Source: an uncultured delta proteobacterium (GTDB taxonomy: Bacteria; Myxococcota_A; Polyangia; Haliangiales; Haliangiaceae). From it: a stretch of 64,000 nucleotides of DNA. Shown piece after piece: positions 28,322-37,852 of the stretch. Position 1 is the first letter of the stretch; the number at the start of each line of letters is the position of its first letter. The stretch spans positions 192,001 to 256,000 of the forward strand of contig CAVUQH010000004.1 in assembly GCA_963743525.1 (NCBI GenBank), in the 5' to 3' direction. Position numbers and translations under genes: made by a program. The notes below the pieces were generated by a model. That model was not told where the DNA came from, made no database searches, and worked only from the letters and a program-made list of their open reading frames with translations.

Positions 28322-29791
28322 ATGGTAGTGACGCGCGCAGGCACGTGGGGACTCGCCGTCGCGCTCGCCGCTCTCACGAGCGCGTGCGCCAGTCAGTCAG
28401 CCTTCCATTGCGAGAGCAGCGGCGAGTGCCAGGGCGCCGTCGCCGGGCGCTGCGAACCCAATGGTTACTGCAGCTTCCCCGACACTGGCTGCTCGTCGGG
28501 CTTCCGCTACGGCGAGGCGTCGGGCTCCCTCGGGGGAGTCTGCACGGGTGAGGAGGATCTGCCGGACGGCGGTGTCGGTGGCGGTGCCGACGCACCGGTG
28601 GGGAGCCCCGATGGCGGCGGTGGCGGCATCGACGGCTCGACGTCCAACCCGGACGCCGCCGTGTCGACACCCGACGCCGACGTCAACCAGCCGGACGCCG
28701 GGCCCATCATCGTCAACTTCACCCCGTCGAACATCCCCACCTCGCTGATGACCTCGGCGACCAACAGCCTGCGCCTGCAGGCGGCCGACGGCGAGGTCGA
28801 GATCAACACCGACACCGGCGCCATCACCCGCCTGTCCGACTTCGCCGACCTGCATCCGATCGGCGTCGGCTTCACCAAGGTCAACCAGAGCGGTGCGCCC
28901 GACATCGGCATCTTCTCGATGACCGCCCTCGACGTCGCCGACGGCGTGACCATCCGGGTCACGGGCACGGCGGCGCTGGCCTTCGCGGTCAAGGGCGACG
29001 TCAACCTGGCCGGCATCATCGACGCCCACGGCGGGCGCAGCGTCGCCAGCGACGGCGGTCCGGGTGGCTACGCCGGCGGCTCGTCGGGCGGGTGCGGCGG
29101 CAGCGGCCCGGGTGCGGGCGGCGCCGGGTCGTCGACTCAGGACGTTGGCGGCGGCGGTGGTGGCCACGTCAACAGCGGCGGCGGCGGCGGCTCGCGCGGC
29201 GGCCAGGCCGGCGCCAGCGGCGGCGCGTCGTACGGCTCGGCCCTGGTGCCGCTGATCGGCGGCTCGGGCGGCGGCTGCGGCGGCGGCGACACCCCACGCG
29301 CACGCGGCGGCGGCGGCGGCGGCGCGGTCCAGATCTCGGCCCGCGGCGTGATCACCATCTATGCCAGCGGCGCCATCGACACCGGTGGCGCCGGCGCCAG
29401 CGGCGGCATGTCCGACAACGGCGGCGGCGGCGGCGGATCGGGCGGCGGCATCTTGCTCGAGGGCGGACGCGTGGTCCTCCTCGGCGCGATCACCGCCAAC
29501 GGCGGCGGCGGCGGCGCCGGCGCCAAGGCCGGCGGCTCCGGCTCATCGGGCCAGGGCGGCAAGCGGTCCACCGCGCGCGCCAGCGGCGGCAGCGGCTCGG
29601 GCGTGGGCACGAGCGGAGGCGCCGGCGGTGCCGGCACGACCGGCGCCGGCGACGATGGCGTCAACGCCGCAGCCAGCGGCAACGGCGGCGGCGGTGGCGG
29701 TGCCGGCGGGCGCATCCACCTGCGCTCCGACGACATCCGCAACAACGGCACGCTGTCACCGATCGCCGGCCTGACCCAGTCAGCCTTGTGA
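28322..29791 (+). CDS. Gly-rich lipoprotein with Cys-rich N-terminal domain
   Basis: TSAC lipobox, six-Cys module, GGGGGG-AVQI/GILL/RIHL repeats. Confidence 0.85.
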   Translation: MVVTRAGTWGLAVALAALTSACASQSAFHCESSGECQGAVAGRCEPNGYCSFPDTGCSSGFRYGEASGSLGGVCTGEEDLPDGGVGGGADAPVGSPDGGGGGIDGSTSNPDAAVSTPDADVNQPDAGPIIVNFTPSNIPTSLMTSATNSLRLQAADGEVEINTDTGAITRLSDFADLHPIGVGFTKVNQSGAPDIGIFSMTALDVADGVTIRVTGTAALAFAVKGDVNLAGIIDAHGGRSVASDGGPGGYAGGSSGGCGGSGPGAGGAGSSTQDVGGGGGGHVNSGGGGGSRGGQAGASGGASYGSALVPLIGGSGGGCGGGDTPRARGGGGGGAVQISARGVITIYASGAIDTGGAGASGGMSDNGGGGGGSGGGILLEGGRVVLLGAITANGGGGGAGAKAGGSGSSGQGGKRSTARASGGSGSGVGTSGGAGGAGTTGAGDDGVNAAASGNGGGGGGAGGRIHLRSDDIRNNGTLSPIAGLTQSAL

Positions 29792-29966
29792 GCCGAAGCC
29801 GGTGGAAGCTTTCGCGGATCATTTTTCTGCTTGACGCGTTCGATCGGCTCGCGTAGTTAACGAATCCTTCGCTGCGGGCCGACCTCGCACGAACCGGCGC
29901 GCCATCGCGCGTCGCGGCACCGCCCCGCTGGCGGCTGGCCGCGAACGCGTCCGACCGGCGGGTCCC

Positions 29967-30075
29967 GGGAGGCCGGTGGCATCGAAGCCTGGGAATGAGG
30001 GTTCGACTCCCTCCTGCTGCACGTAGCGGCGGTGGCGGAACGGCAAACGCACTGGGCTTGCACATCCCAGCTCCC
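29967..30075 (+). ncRNA. yrlA: YrlA-type Y RNA (circularly permuted tRNA-like RNA)
   Basis: T arm GAGGG-TTCGACT-CCCTC precedes a closed 7-bp acceptor-like stem and a D arm; enclosed by a TCGAAGCCTGG/CTGGGCTTG stem and terminal GGGAG/CTCCC. Confidence 0.8.
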
Positions 30076-30410
30076 AACGCCCCCTTACGGCGAAAAAACC
30101 TGTGCGGGCCGGAGGCGGCGTGATCCACGGCCGCGGCGCGATGCCGCGACCAACGCGGATCTGACCCGACCTCGCGCGCCAGCGAGCCTGCTTCTCGAGC
30201 CATCTCTTCGGCCAGCGCCCCGGCGCGCGCCGTCGCGACCGCCCCCGACGCCGTCTCGTCCGCCCGCGAGATCACGCCACGCTCCTCGTCACGACCGAGG
30301 ACGGCCCCGCGCCGACGCCGCGCCACGCGCACGGCAGACGCCGGAGCCCACCAGAGTCGGATTTCGTCGTCGCCGGCCGTCTTTGTTTCACCCCTGGAAA
30401 GGATCCAGTC

Positions 30411-31514
30411 ATGTTCACCACCACAATCCGCGTAGCCATTCACCAGCGTGCCGTACTGCTGCAGCACGGTGTGCCGATCCGTGCCCTCGAGCCGGGCAAG
30501 CACACTTTCTGGCGGGGCGGCCTGAGCACTCACCTGCTCGACACTCGTGAGCTGATCCTCGACGAGTCGGCCGAGATCCGCCGCGCGCTGCCGCAGGACT
30601 GGTTCGACGAGGTGCTGATCGGCCAGCGCCAGCGCGGTCTGCTGTACCGCGACGCGGTGCCGGTGCGCTACCTGCGCCCGGGTATCCACCGCTACTGGAA
30701 GGTCAACCCGACGGTCGAGCTGAACGTGTGGTCGATCGACGACCCGCTGCCGGCGCTGACCGACGCCCTGGTTGCGGTCATCCCGCGCAGCGAGCTGGTC
30801 AACGTGACCGTTCAGCAGCACCAGCGCGGCCTCAAGTACGAGCAGGGCAAGTTCGCCGGCGAGCTGCCGCCGGGCCGGCACCTGTTCTGGTCGCCGGCCG
30901 ATGCGCGGGTAACCGTGCAGCTCGTGGACGTGCGTCTGCAGCAGCTGACCATCAGCGGTCAGGAGCTGATGACTCGCGACAAGGTGACCCTGCGCCTGAC
31001 CCTGACCGTCGAGTACCAGCCGGCCGACGCGCCGACCGCGGTCCACGCGACCGCCAACCTGCAGGACGCCATCTACCTGATGGTGCAGCTGGCGTCGCGC
31101 GACTACGTCGCGGGTGTGACACTCGACGAGCTGCTCGAGGGCCGCGACGCCATGACTCGCTACCTGCACGAGGCGGTCGTACCGGGCGCGCACGACCTGG
31201 GCGTGAGCATCACGCGCGTCGGCGTCAAGGACGTGGTCCTGCCGGGCGAGATGAAGCTGCTGCTCAACCGCGTGATCGAGGCGGAGAAGGAGGCCGCGGC
31301 CAACGTCATCCGCCGGCGCGAGGAGGCGGCGGCGACCCGGTCGATGGCCAACACCGCCAAGGTCATCGCCGACAACCCGGTGCTCATGGAGCTGAAGAAG
31401 CTGGAGGCGCTGCAGGAGATCGCGGCGCGGATCGACGAGGTCCGCCTGATGATCGGCGCCGACGCCGCGGGCGAGCTGCTCCGCGGTCAGCTGCTGGGCA
31501 TCGACAAGAACTGA
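30411..31514 (+). CDS. Slipin family SPFH/Band 7 protein
   Basis: Repeated RGLLY..G..L.PG.H.FW modules, GQELMTRDKVTLRL, KDVVLPGEMK, RREEAAATRS; AAAGGA RBS. Confidence 0.92.
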   Translation: MFTTTIRVAIHQRAVLLQHGVPIRALEPGKHTFWRGGLSTHLLDTRELILDESAEIRRALPQDWFDEVLIGQRQRGLLYRDAVPVRYLRPGIHRYWKVNPTVELNVWSIDDPLPALTDALVAVIPRSELVNVTVQQHQRGLKYEQGKFAGELPPGRHLFWSPADARVTVQLVDVRLQQLTISGQELMTRDKVTLRLTLTVEYQPADAPTAVHATANLQDAIYLMVQLASRDYVAGVTLDELLEGRDAMTRYLHEAVVPGAHDLGVSITRVGVKDVVLPGEMKLLLNRVIEAEKEAAANVIRRREEAAATRSMANTAKVIADNPVLMELKKLEALQEIAARIDEVRLMIGADAAGELLRGQLLGIDKN

Positions 31515-31516
31515 GC

Positions 31517-31557
31517 GAGGTCCCCCGGCGCGTTTGCGCCGGGGGCTTCCTTTTTTT
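31517..31557 (+). terminator. Rho-independent terminator
   Basis: CCCCCGGCGC-GTTT-GCGCCGGGGG followed by CTTCC and T7. Confidence 0.85.
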
Positions 31558-31582
31558 CGCAGCCGCGGCGTAGCATCGCGGC

Positions 31583-32708
31583 GTGCGAGCGATCGATCTG
31601 CAGACGCCGGCGTTGATTCTCGACCGGCAGCGGCTGGAGGCCAACTGCCGGCGGATGGCGGCGCGGGTGCGCGCGGCGGGGCTGGAGCTGCGGCCCCACC
31701 TCAAGACCGCGAAGTCGGATCGGGTGGCGGCGATCGCCACCGACGGCTTCGCCGGCGGCATCACGGTGTCGACCCTGGCCGAGGCCGACTACTTCCTCGA
31801 CCGCGGCTTCAGCCGACATGACCTACGCGGTCTGCATCGTGCCGGCCAAGCTCGACCGGGTGGCCGCGCTGCAGGCGCGCGGCGCGCGCATCGGGCTGGT
31901 CACCGACGACGTCGGGGTGGCGCGCGCCATCGCCGAGGCGGCGGCCGGCCACGACCATCCGCTGCGGGTCTTCATCGAGGTCAACTGCGGCGATGCGCGC
32001 ACCGGTGTGGATGCCGGCGGCGACGCGCTGCTGGCGATCGCCCGACTGCTCCACGGCGCGGACAACGTCGAGCTCGCCGGCGTGCTGACCCACGGCGGCC
32101 AGTCGTACGCCTGCCGCGGCGTGGCCGAGGTCGCGCGGGTGGCCGAACAAGAGCGCGCGACGGTGGTGCGCGCGGCCGGGCGCCTGCGCGCCGCCGGCCT
32201 GCCCTGCCCGGTCGTGAGCGCCGGGTCGACGCCGACCGCGGTGCAGGCGCCCCGCTTCGACGGGCTCACCGAGCTGCGCCCGGGCGTGTACATGTTCGGC
32301 GACCTGGCCCAGTACGGGCGCGGGTCGTGCCGGGTCGAAGACATCGCGGTGTCGGTGCTGGCGACGGTGATCGGCCACCGCGCGGACAGGAACCGGCTGC
32401 TCATCGACGCCGGCGGGCTGGCGCTGAGCAAGGACACCAGCGCCGGCGACGTGGTCCCGGACGCGGGCTACGGCTGGGTGGTCAACGCGACCACCGGCGA
32501 ACGGATCGGCGACCTGCGCGTGGCCAATGTCAACCAGGAGCACGGCTTCGTCGACGGCAGCTCCATCCCGTGGGACCGGCTGCCGATCGGCGCCGTCGTT
32601 CGCGTGCTGCCCAACCACGCCTGCATGACGGCGGCCGCCCACGACCGGTATCAGGTGGTCGCGGGCGGCGAGGTGGTGGACGTCTGGGATCGCGCGCGGG
32701 GCTGGTAA
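31583..32708 (+). CDS. DSD1/D-threonine aldolase-like PLP enzyme, +1 frameshift at ~31811
   Basis: TPALILD, LRPHLKT, RTG, THGGQSY, GSTPT, RPGVYMFGD, QEHG, PNHAC. Confidence 0.9.
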
Positions 32709-32810
32709 TCACCCGTCGCGCCGCCCCGGCGGAGGCGGCGGACACGTGCGGCCGACTAACAGAGCGCCGAGCAGCAGCAGGAATTCAGCGCTCTAGTAGC
32801 CCGCTCTGGC

Positions 32811-33617
32811 CTAGTAACCGGCCTTGTAGTTCTGCCAGATCTCGCCGGGCGACAGGCTGCGGCAGTAGACGGCGACGAGGTAGATCTCGCCGCGCCACGG
32901 CCGCTCGCCGTTGAGCTCGTTGGCCACGCCCAGGCGATAGGTCATGTCCCAGTTGGAGAAGCTGCCGGCCAGGGTCTCGGTGCCGGCGAGCTGACCGTCG
33001 ACCCACAGCTGGGCTTCGTCGTCGACGCCGCTGCGAGTGTAGGCCAGGTGAACGATGTTGGCGCCGAACGCAGTGACGTCAGAAACCGTCGTGCCGCCGG
33101 CGTCGTCGGTGTCGGTGGTGCGCGCGCGCACGTCGAGCAGCAGGTTGTCCTGCGCCAGGGTGAAGTTGCGACTGTTGTTGCCGTCGGACAGCGTGACGAT
33201 GCGCGCCGGACCGGACTGGTTGACCGCCGCCGGGCGCACCCACGCCTCTACGGTCATCGCGTTCGACGCCATGCACGAGTTGCCCAGGCGGTCGGCGGCA
33301 CCGACGGTGGCGAGCAGCGTCGGCGCGGTGACGTTGAGCCCGCCGGTAGGCATCCACTGCACCGATGCGGGATCTTCGATCTGCAGATCGAGACCGCCGA
33401 GCAGGCTCTGGTCGTAAACGGTGGAGCCGCTGCCCTCATTGAAGAGATAGATGGCCTGCAGGCCGGCGGTCACGCGCGGGCTGGCCGCGGGACCGGCGTC
33501 CGGTGCGGCTCCGCCGCCGGGTCCACCGCCGCCGCCGCCGGGGGGGATTGCGCCGACGTCGCCGCAGGCGATGGCGAGGGGGACGAGGAGGAGGGCCAGC
33601 AGTGGGGTGCGCTTCAT
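32811..33617 (-). CDS. LamG/concanavalin A-like domain lipoprotein
   Basis: AIAC lipobox; YLFNEGSG, TVEAWVRP, LWVDG, LSPGEI; AAAGGAG RBS. Confidence 0.85.
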   Translation of the reverse strand: MKRTPLLALLLVPLAIACGDVGAIPPGGGGGGPGGGAAPDAGPAASPRVTAGLQAIYLFNEGSGSTVYDQSLLGGLDLQIEDPASVQWMPTGGLNVTAPTLLATVGAADRLGNSCMASNAMTVEAWVRPAAVNQSGPARIVTLSDGNNSRNFTLAQDNLLLDVRARTTDTDDAGGTTVSDVTAFGANIVHLAYTRSGVDDEAQLWVDGQLAGTETLAGSFSNWDMTYRLGVANELNGERPWRGEIYLVAVYCRSLSPGEIWQNYKAGY

Positions 33618-33648
33618 CGGGAGGTGCTCCTTTACGGACGCGAACTAA

Positions 33649-33664
33649 AGCAGCGTTCGTGCCA
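33649..33664 (-). promoter_or_regulatory. Putative sigma54 promoter
   Basis: TGGCACGAACGCTGCT upstream of the LamG gene. Confidence 0.7.
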
Positions 33665-33820
33665 CGCCCCCAACCCCCTGATCTCGCAACGATTCGGGCC
33701 CGAAATCGGCCGCGAGTCGCGGCAACTGGAGAACCGCTCAGGGGGCGGTCAGCCACAGGCGATACCTTGGCCCCCGGGTCACATGTGCGACCCCCGAGCA
33801 CCTCTCCGGCCGGCTCGGGT

Positions 33821-34762
33821 TTAGGCGCGGGGCTCGCGCCGCCGGACGAGCAAGCCGAGCGCCAGCAGCAGTGGCAGCGCGCCCGCCCCGCCGCCGCCGG
33901 TCGAGCAACCGCCGATGGCGTTGGGGTTGCCCGGACCCGGATCGGTGGGGCCGGGGTCGGTCGGGCCGGGATCGGTGGGGCCGGGATCGGTGGGGCCCGG
34001 ATCGGTCGGGTCGGTCGGGTCGGTCGGGTCCACGCCCATGGCGAAGTCGACCAGCTCGGCGTAGGTGCCGTTCCAGTGGTCGCGATCGACGTTTCCGGTG
34101 ATGCCGGGAATCGATCCGGTCGAGCTGTACTGCCAGAAGTCCCAACGCGGCCACGGGTCGGCCATCAGCGGGCAGTCGACGCCGTAGTTGGCCACCCACA
34201 GCGGATGGTCGAGGAAGTCTGACGGCGCGCCGACGCTGTCCTGCCAGAAGTACTTGGCGGTGTAGATGATCGGCTTGCGTCCGATCGCGGCCTCGACGAC
34301 GTCGCTCCACTCGTGGATCTTCTGCTGGATCGAGGCCGCGCTCTCGCCGTCGGCCTCTTCGACGTCGAGGACCGGTGGCATGTCGTCGGGCTGCAGCTCG
34401 CCCATCAGCGACAGCAGCAGCTGGGCCTGCGCGGTGGCGTCCTCGTTGGGCTGGAAGTACTGGTAGGCACCGCGGAGGATGCCCACCCGCCGGGCCTCGG
34501 CCCAGTTGGCGTCGAACTGCTCGTCGACGTCGGCCAGCCCGTGATTGACGCGAATGAAGGCGTAGCGGATGCCGGCGTCGGCCACCGGATCCCAGTCGAT
34601 GTGCCCCTGCCATTTGGAGACGTCGATTCCCTCCACGACGTCGGCGTCGGCGCAGACCCGCACCTCGGCGGTCAGCGAGCCGACCTGGTCGCCGCCCGAC
34701 GGATCGCCGGAGGCGACGCAGGCAGGCAGGAGCAGGGCGAACGCGAGCAAAGTCCGGCGCAT
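33821..34762 (-). CDS. GH25 lysozyme/muramidase lipoprotein with MYXO-CTERM-type tail
   Basis: GIDVSKWQG, RGAYQY, VLDVE, LWVANY, WQYSSTG, VDRD; tail GGCS...LLLALGLLVRRR. Confidence 0.92.
   Translation of the reverse strand: MRRTLLAFALLLPACVASGDPSGGDQVGSLTAEVRVCADADVVEGIDVSKWQGHIDWDPVADAGIRYAFIRVNHGLADVDEQFDANWAEARRVGILRGAYQYFQPNEDATAQAQLLLSLMGELQPDDMPPVLDVEEADGESAASIQQKIHEWSDVVEAAIGRKPIIYTAKYFWQDSVGAPSDFLDHPLWVANYGVDCPLMADPWPRWDFWQYSSTGSIPGITGNVDRDHWNGTYAELVDFAMGVDPTDPTDPTDPGPTDPGPTDPGPTDPGPTDPGPGNPNAIGGCSTGGGGAGALPLLLALGLLVRRREPRA
33931..34032. repeat. Coding 9/15-bp tandem repeats (PTD/PTDPG linker)
   Basis: Repeated GGGTCGGTC / CCGGGATCGGTGGGG units. Confidence 0.85.
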
Positions 34763-34775
34763 TGCGCGCCTCTAG

Positions 34776-34791
34776 TGCAGGCGCCGGGCCA
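34776..34791 (-). promoter_or_regulatory. Putative sigma54 promoter
   Basis: TGGCCCGGCGCCTGCA; the -12 C is 15 nt before ATG 34762. Confidence 0.5.
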
Positions 34792-34860
34792 GTGGCCGGA
34801 CCACACGATTCCGCGCGGTTGCCGGCGCAAACGAACCGAAGTGCCCTCTCCTGGTTGCAC

Positions 34861-35667
34861 TCAGCTGACGGCGGCGGGGCCTGGTGAAACCGCAGGTCCG
34901 CGGTGCGCCTCGACCCGACGCTTGAGCCCGTCGAGCATCTTGCGGTCCATCTCGCTGCCGATCGGCTCGACGATCGCCGGACCGAACTGCAGCCGGGTGG
35001 CCAGGTCGCGCGACGAGGCGGCGCGGTAGCGGCTGATGAAGCGGCTGCGACCGCCGGGCAACGGCTCGACCAGGAACAGCCAGCTGGCCTCGATCCACGG
35101 CTTGCCGGTGGCGACCGCCTGTTCGTCGCGCTCGACCACGGCGACGAACCATCGCCCCGGAGCGACCGAGGTCACGTGCAGCGGCGGCACGTCGGGGTGC
35201 AGCTCGAGACCGTCGCCGGCGCGCACCTCCCAGTCGGCGTGCACGTCGTCAGCGTTGTGCACGTCGCAGCCGATCAGATTTTCCAGCCACTGGTAGCTGT
35301 AGAAGCCGGCGCGGTCGCCGCCGATCTGCGCCACCCACGGCCACACCTCGTCCGGCGGAGCATCGATCTCGATGGCGTGGGTCCAGCTCCAGTGTGGATT
35401 GGGTACCCGGTCGTCACCCGGGTACCACAACCGCGCCGCGCGCGGGTCGAGGCCGCGGTGGCTGCGCATGCTGCGCAGGAACGGCGTGGACAGGTTCCAC
35501 GCCATGCGCGCGGCGCCGCGCAGACCGTCGGCGACGTCAGCCCAGGAATCACCGGTCCGCGGACGGGATGCGGGCCCGGGTGCGAGGACGGCAAACAGTC
35601 GCCGACGGAACCGGCGCGGTGCAGAGCGAATGCGGCGAAGACGATGGTGAGCTGTGCTGGCGGTCAT
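34861..35667 (-). CDS. SRPBCC-family-like protein
   Basis: IEIDAPPDEVWPWVAQIG.DRAGFYSY..LEN, ML.GLKRRVE. Confidence 0.75.
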   Translation of the reverse strand: MTASTAHHRLRRIRSAPRRFRRRLFAVLAPGPASRPRTGDSWADVADGLRGAARMAWNLSTPFLRSMRSHRGLDPRAARLWYPGDDRVPNPHWSWTHAIEIDAPPDEVWPWVAQIGGDRAGFYSYQWLENLIGCDVHNADDVHADWEVRAGDGLELHPDVPPLHVTSVAPGRWFVAVVERDEQAVATGKPWIEASWLFLVEPLPGGRSRFISRYRAASSRDLATRLQFGPAIVEPIGSEMDRKMLDGLKRRVEAHRGPAVSPGPAAVS

Positions 35668-35786
35668 GGCGTCTACAGTGCTGCATACGCCGTGCCCTGG
35701 CCGTACGGCGACCGCCCGCCCACATGCGACCGGCGACCGCGCAGCTCGTTCGCCGCCGGCGCCGACCGCGAACGGTTTTGCGCGCG

Positions 35787-36386
35787 CTAGCCCGCGGCCA
35801 CGCGGCGCGACGGCAGCGCCGCCGCCGAGGTGCGCTCGTCGTAGTGCTGCCAGCAGACCGGCACATACTGATCGTCGGCGCCCAGCTGGACCTGCGGCCC
35901 GTCGACCACCGCCTCGCCGCCCTGCAGGCGCAGGTTGAAGGTCGCCTTCTTCTGGCAGAACTGGCAGGTGACCTTGACCTCTTCGATGCTGTCGGCCAGC
36001 TCGAGCAGCCGCTGCGAGCCGGGGAAAAGTCGGGTCTGGAAGTCGGTGCGCAGGCCGTAGCAGATGACCGGCACGCGGTGCTCGAGCGTCGCCCGCCGCA
36101 ACTGGTCGATCACCTGAGGCGACAGGAACTGCGCCTCGTCGACCAGAACGCAGTCCATGTCGTCGAAGGTTCCGCGGGCAAAGACGTGGTCCTGGTCAAC
36201 CAGCAGGTCGGCCTCCCCCTCCAGCCCGGACCGCGACGCGATGGTGGCGGCGCCAAAGCAATCGTCGAGCTTCGGCTTGAGCAGCAACACCCGTTTGCCC
36301 TGTTTGCGGTAGTTGTGGGCCACCGCCAGCAGGTTGAGGGTCTTGGCGCTGTCCATCGTGCCGTAGCGAAAGTAGAGCTTGGCCAT
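35787..36386 (-). CDS. tdk: Thymidine kinase
   Basis: [31 protein letters not shown], Zn-binding Cys motifs. Confidence 0.95.
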   Translation of the reverse strand: MAKLYFRYGTMDSAKTLNLLAVAHNYRKQGKRVLLLKPKLDDCFGAATIASRSGLEGEADLLVDQDHVFARGTFDDMDCVLVDEAQFLSPQVIDQLRRATLEHRVPVICYGLRTDFQTRLFPGSQRLLELADSIEEVKVTCQFCQKKATFNLRLQGGEAVVDGPQVQLGADDQYVPVCWQHYDERTSAAALPSRRVAAG

Positions 36387-36438
36387 CTCGGCCCCGACCC
36401 TACCGAGACGGGCTGACAATGCTAGCTTTCCGGGACCC

Positions 36439-37251
36439 ATGGACGCCGTCAGCTCCCTTCTCCGCGGCCGCCGCCTGGTCGCGCTGACCGGGGCCGGAAT
36501 CAGCACCGAATCCGGAATCCCCGACTACCGCGGGCCCGGCACCCGCGCACGGGCGCGAAATCCCATCCAGTACCGCGAGTTCGTCCGCGATCCGGCGGCC
36601 CGACAGCGCTACTGGGCGCGCAGCCTGATCGGCTGGCCGCGCATCGACGGCGCCCGGCCCAACCCCGGCCACGAGGCGCTGGCTCGACTGGAGAGCGACG
36701 GCGCGGTGGCCTGCGTCATCACGCAAAACGTCGATCGGCTGCACCAGCGCGCGGGCTCGCGCAACGTCATCGAGCTCCACGGCGCGCTGGCCGAGGTCAT
36801 CTGCCTCGGCTGCCGCGCCACCGAGTCGCGCGGCGAGCTGCAGGCTCGGCTGTTCGCGCTCAATCCGGGCTTCGCCGAGCGGCCGATCGAGCTGGCCCCC
36901 GACGGCGACGCCGAGCTGCCCGTCGAACGAATCGCCAACTTCCGCGTCGCCGGCTGCCGCGACTGCGGCGGCGACCTCAAGCCCAACGTCGTCTTCTTCG
37001 GCGAGGGCGTGCCGCGGCCGACCGTCAACGCCGCCTACGCCGCCGTCAACGCTGCCGAGGCGCTGCTGGTGGTCGGCTCGTCGCTGGCGGTCTTCTCCGG
37101 CTATCGCTTCGTCCGCCGCGCCGCCGAGCGAGGCATCCCGATCGCCATCGTCAACCTGGGGCCGACCCGCGGCGACGAACACGCCACCGCCCGGCTCGAG
37201 GCCCGCGCCGGGGACGCCCTGCCCGCGCTGGCGCGAGCGCTGGCCGACTAG
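36439..37251 (+). CDS. cobB: NAD-dependent protein deacylase, Sir2 family (SIRT4-like class)
   Basis: [47 protein letters not shown]. Confidence 0.93.
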   Translation: MDAVSSLLRGRRLVALTGAGISTESGIPDYRGPGTRARARNPIQYREFVRDPAARQRYWARSLIGWPRIDGARPNPGHEALARLESDGAVACVITQNVDRLHQRAGSRNVIELHGALAEVICLGCRATESRGELQARLFALNPGFAERPIELAPDGDAELPVERIANFRVAGCRDCGGDLKPNVVFFGEGVPRPTVNAAYAAVNAAEALLVVGSSLAVFSGYRFVRRAAERGIPIAIVNLGPTRGDEHATARLEARAGDALPALARALAD

Positions 37252-37823
37252 CCCTCGACCACCCGGGCGATGCGGCGGTCCGGGACCAGCCACATTCCGG
37301 CGACCAGCACGTAGATGCCGACCGACACCCACGGCTGCACGAACGCGAGGCCGATCGCCGCCGCGTAGAGCAGCGGCGACAGCTTGCCCTTGAGGTCGCC
37401 GCCCAGCGACGCGGCCAGCTTCGAGTCGCGCCCTTCCTGGCGGACGATGGTCGTCTGCAAGATGTAGTAGGCGATGGCGGCCATGAACAGCACGGCGCCG
37501 TAGACCGCGGTCGGCGCGACCTCGAAGTGGTTCTCGCCGGCCCAGCCGGTGACGAACGGGAGCAGCGACAACCAGAACAAAAGGTGCAGGTTTGCCCACA
37601 TGATCGCCCCGCTGGCCCTGCCCGTGGCCTTGAGCAGGTGATGGTGGTTGTTCCAGTAGATTCCCAGGTAGACGAAGCTGAGCACATACGTCAGAAAGAC
37701 CGGGAGCAGCGGCCGGAGGGCCGACAGGGAGGCCTCGTGGGGCACCCGCAGCTCCAACACCATGATGGTGATGATGATGGCCAGCACCCCGTCGCTGAAC
37801 GCCTCCACGCGGTTGGTCTCCAT
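37248..37823 (-). CDS. TMEM175 family (DUF1211) membrane channel
   Basis: [28 protein letters not shown]. Confidence 0.92.
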   Translation of the reverse strand: METNRVEAFSDGVLAIIITIMVLELRVPHEASLSALRPLLPVFLTYVLSFVYLGIYWNNHHHLLKATGRASGAIMWANLHLLFWLSLLPFVTGWAGENHFEVAPTAVYGAVLFMAAIAYYILQTTIVRQEGRDSKLAASLGGDLKGKLSPLLYAAAIGLAFVQPWVSVGIYVLVAGMWLVPDRRIARVVEG

Positions 37824-37852
37824 GGGGTGATGCTACCGACTCCCGCCAGCGC

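Noticed and set aside
29997..30070. Canonical tRNA gene
   Set aside because: The T arm precedes the D arm, the acceptor stem is closed by a loop, and there is no CCA end or proper anticodon loop. A Y RNA fits better.
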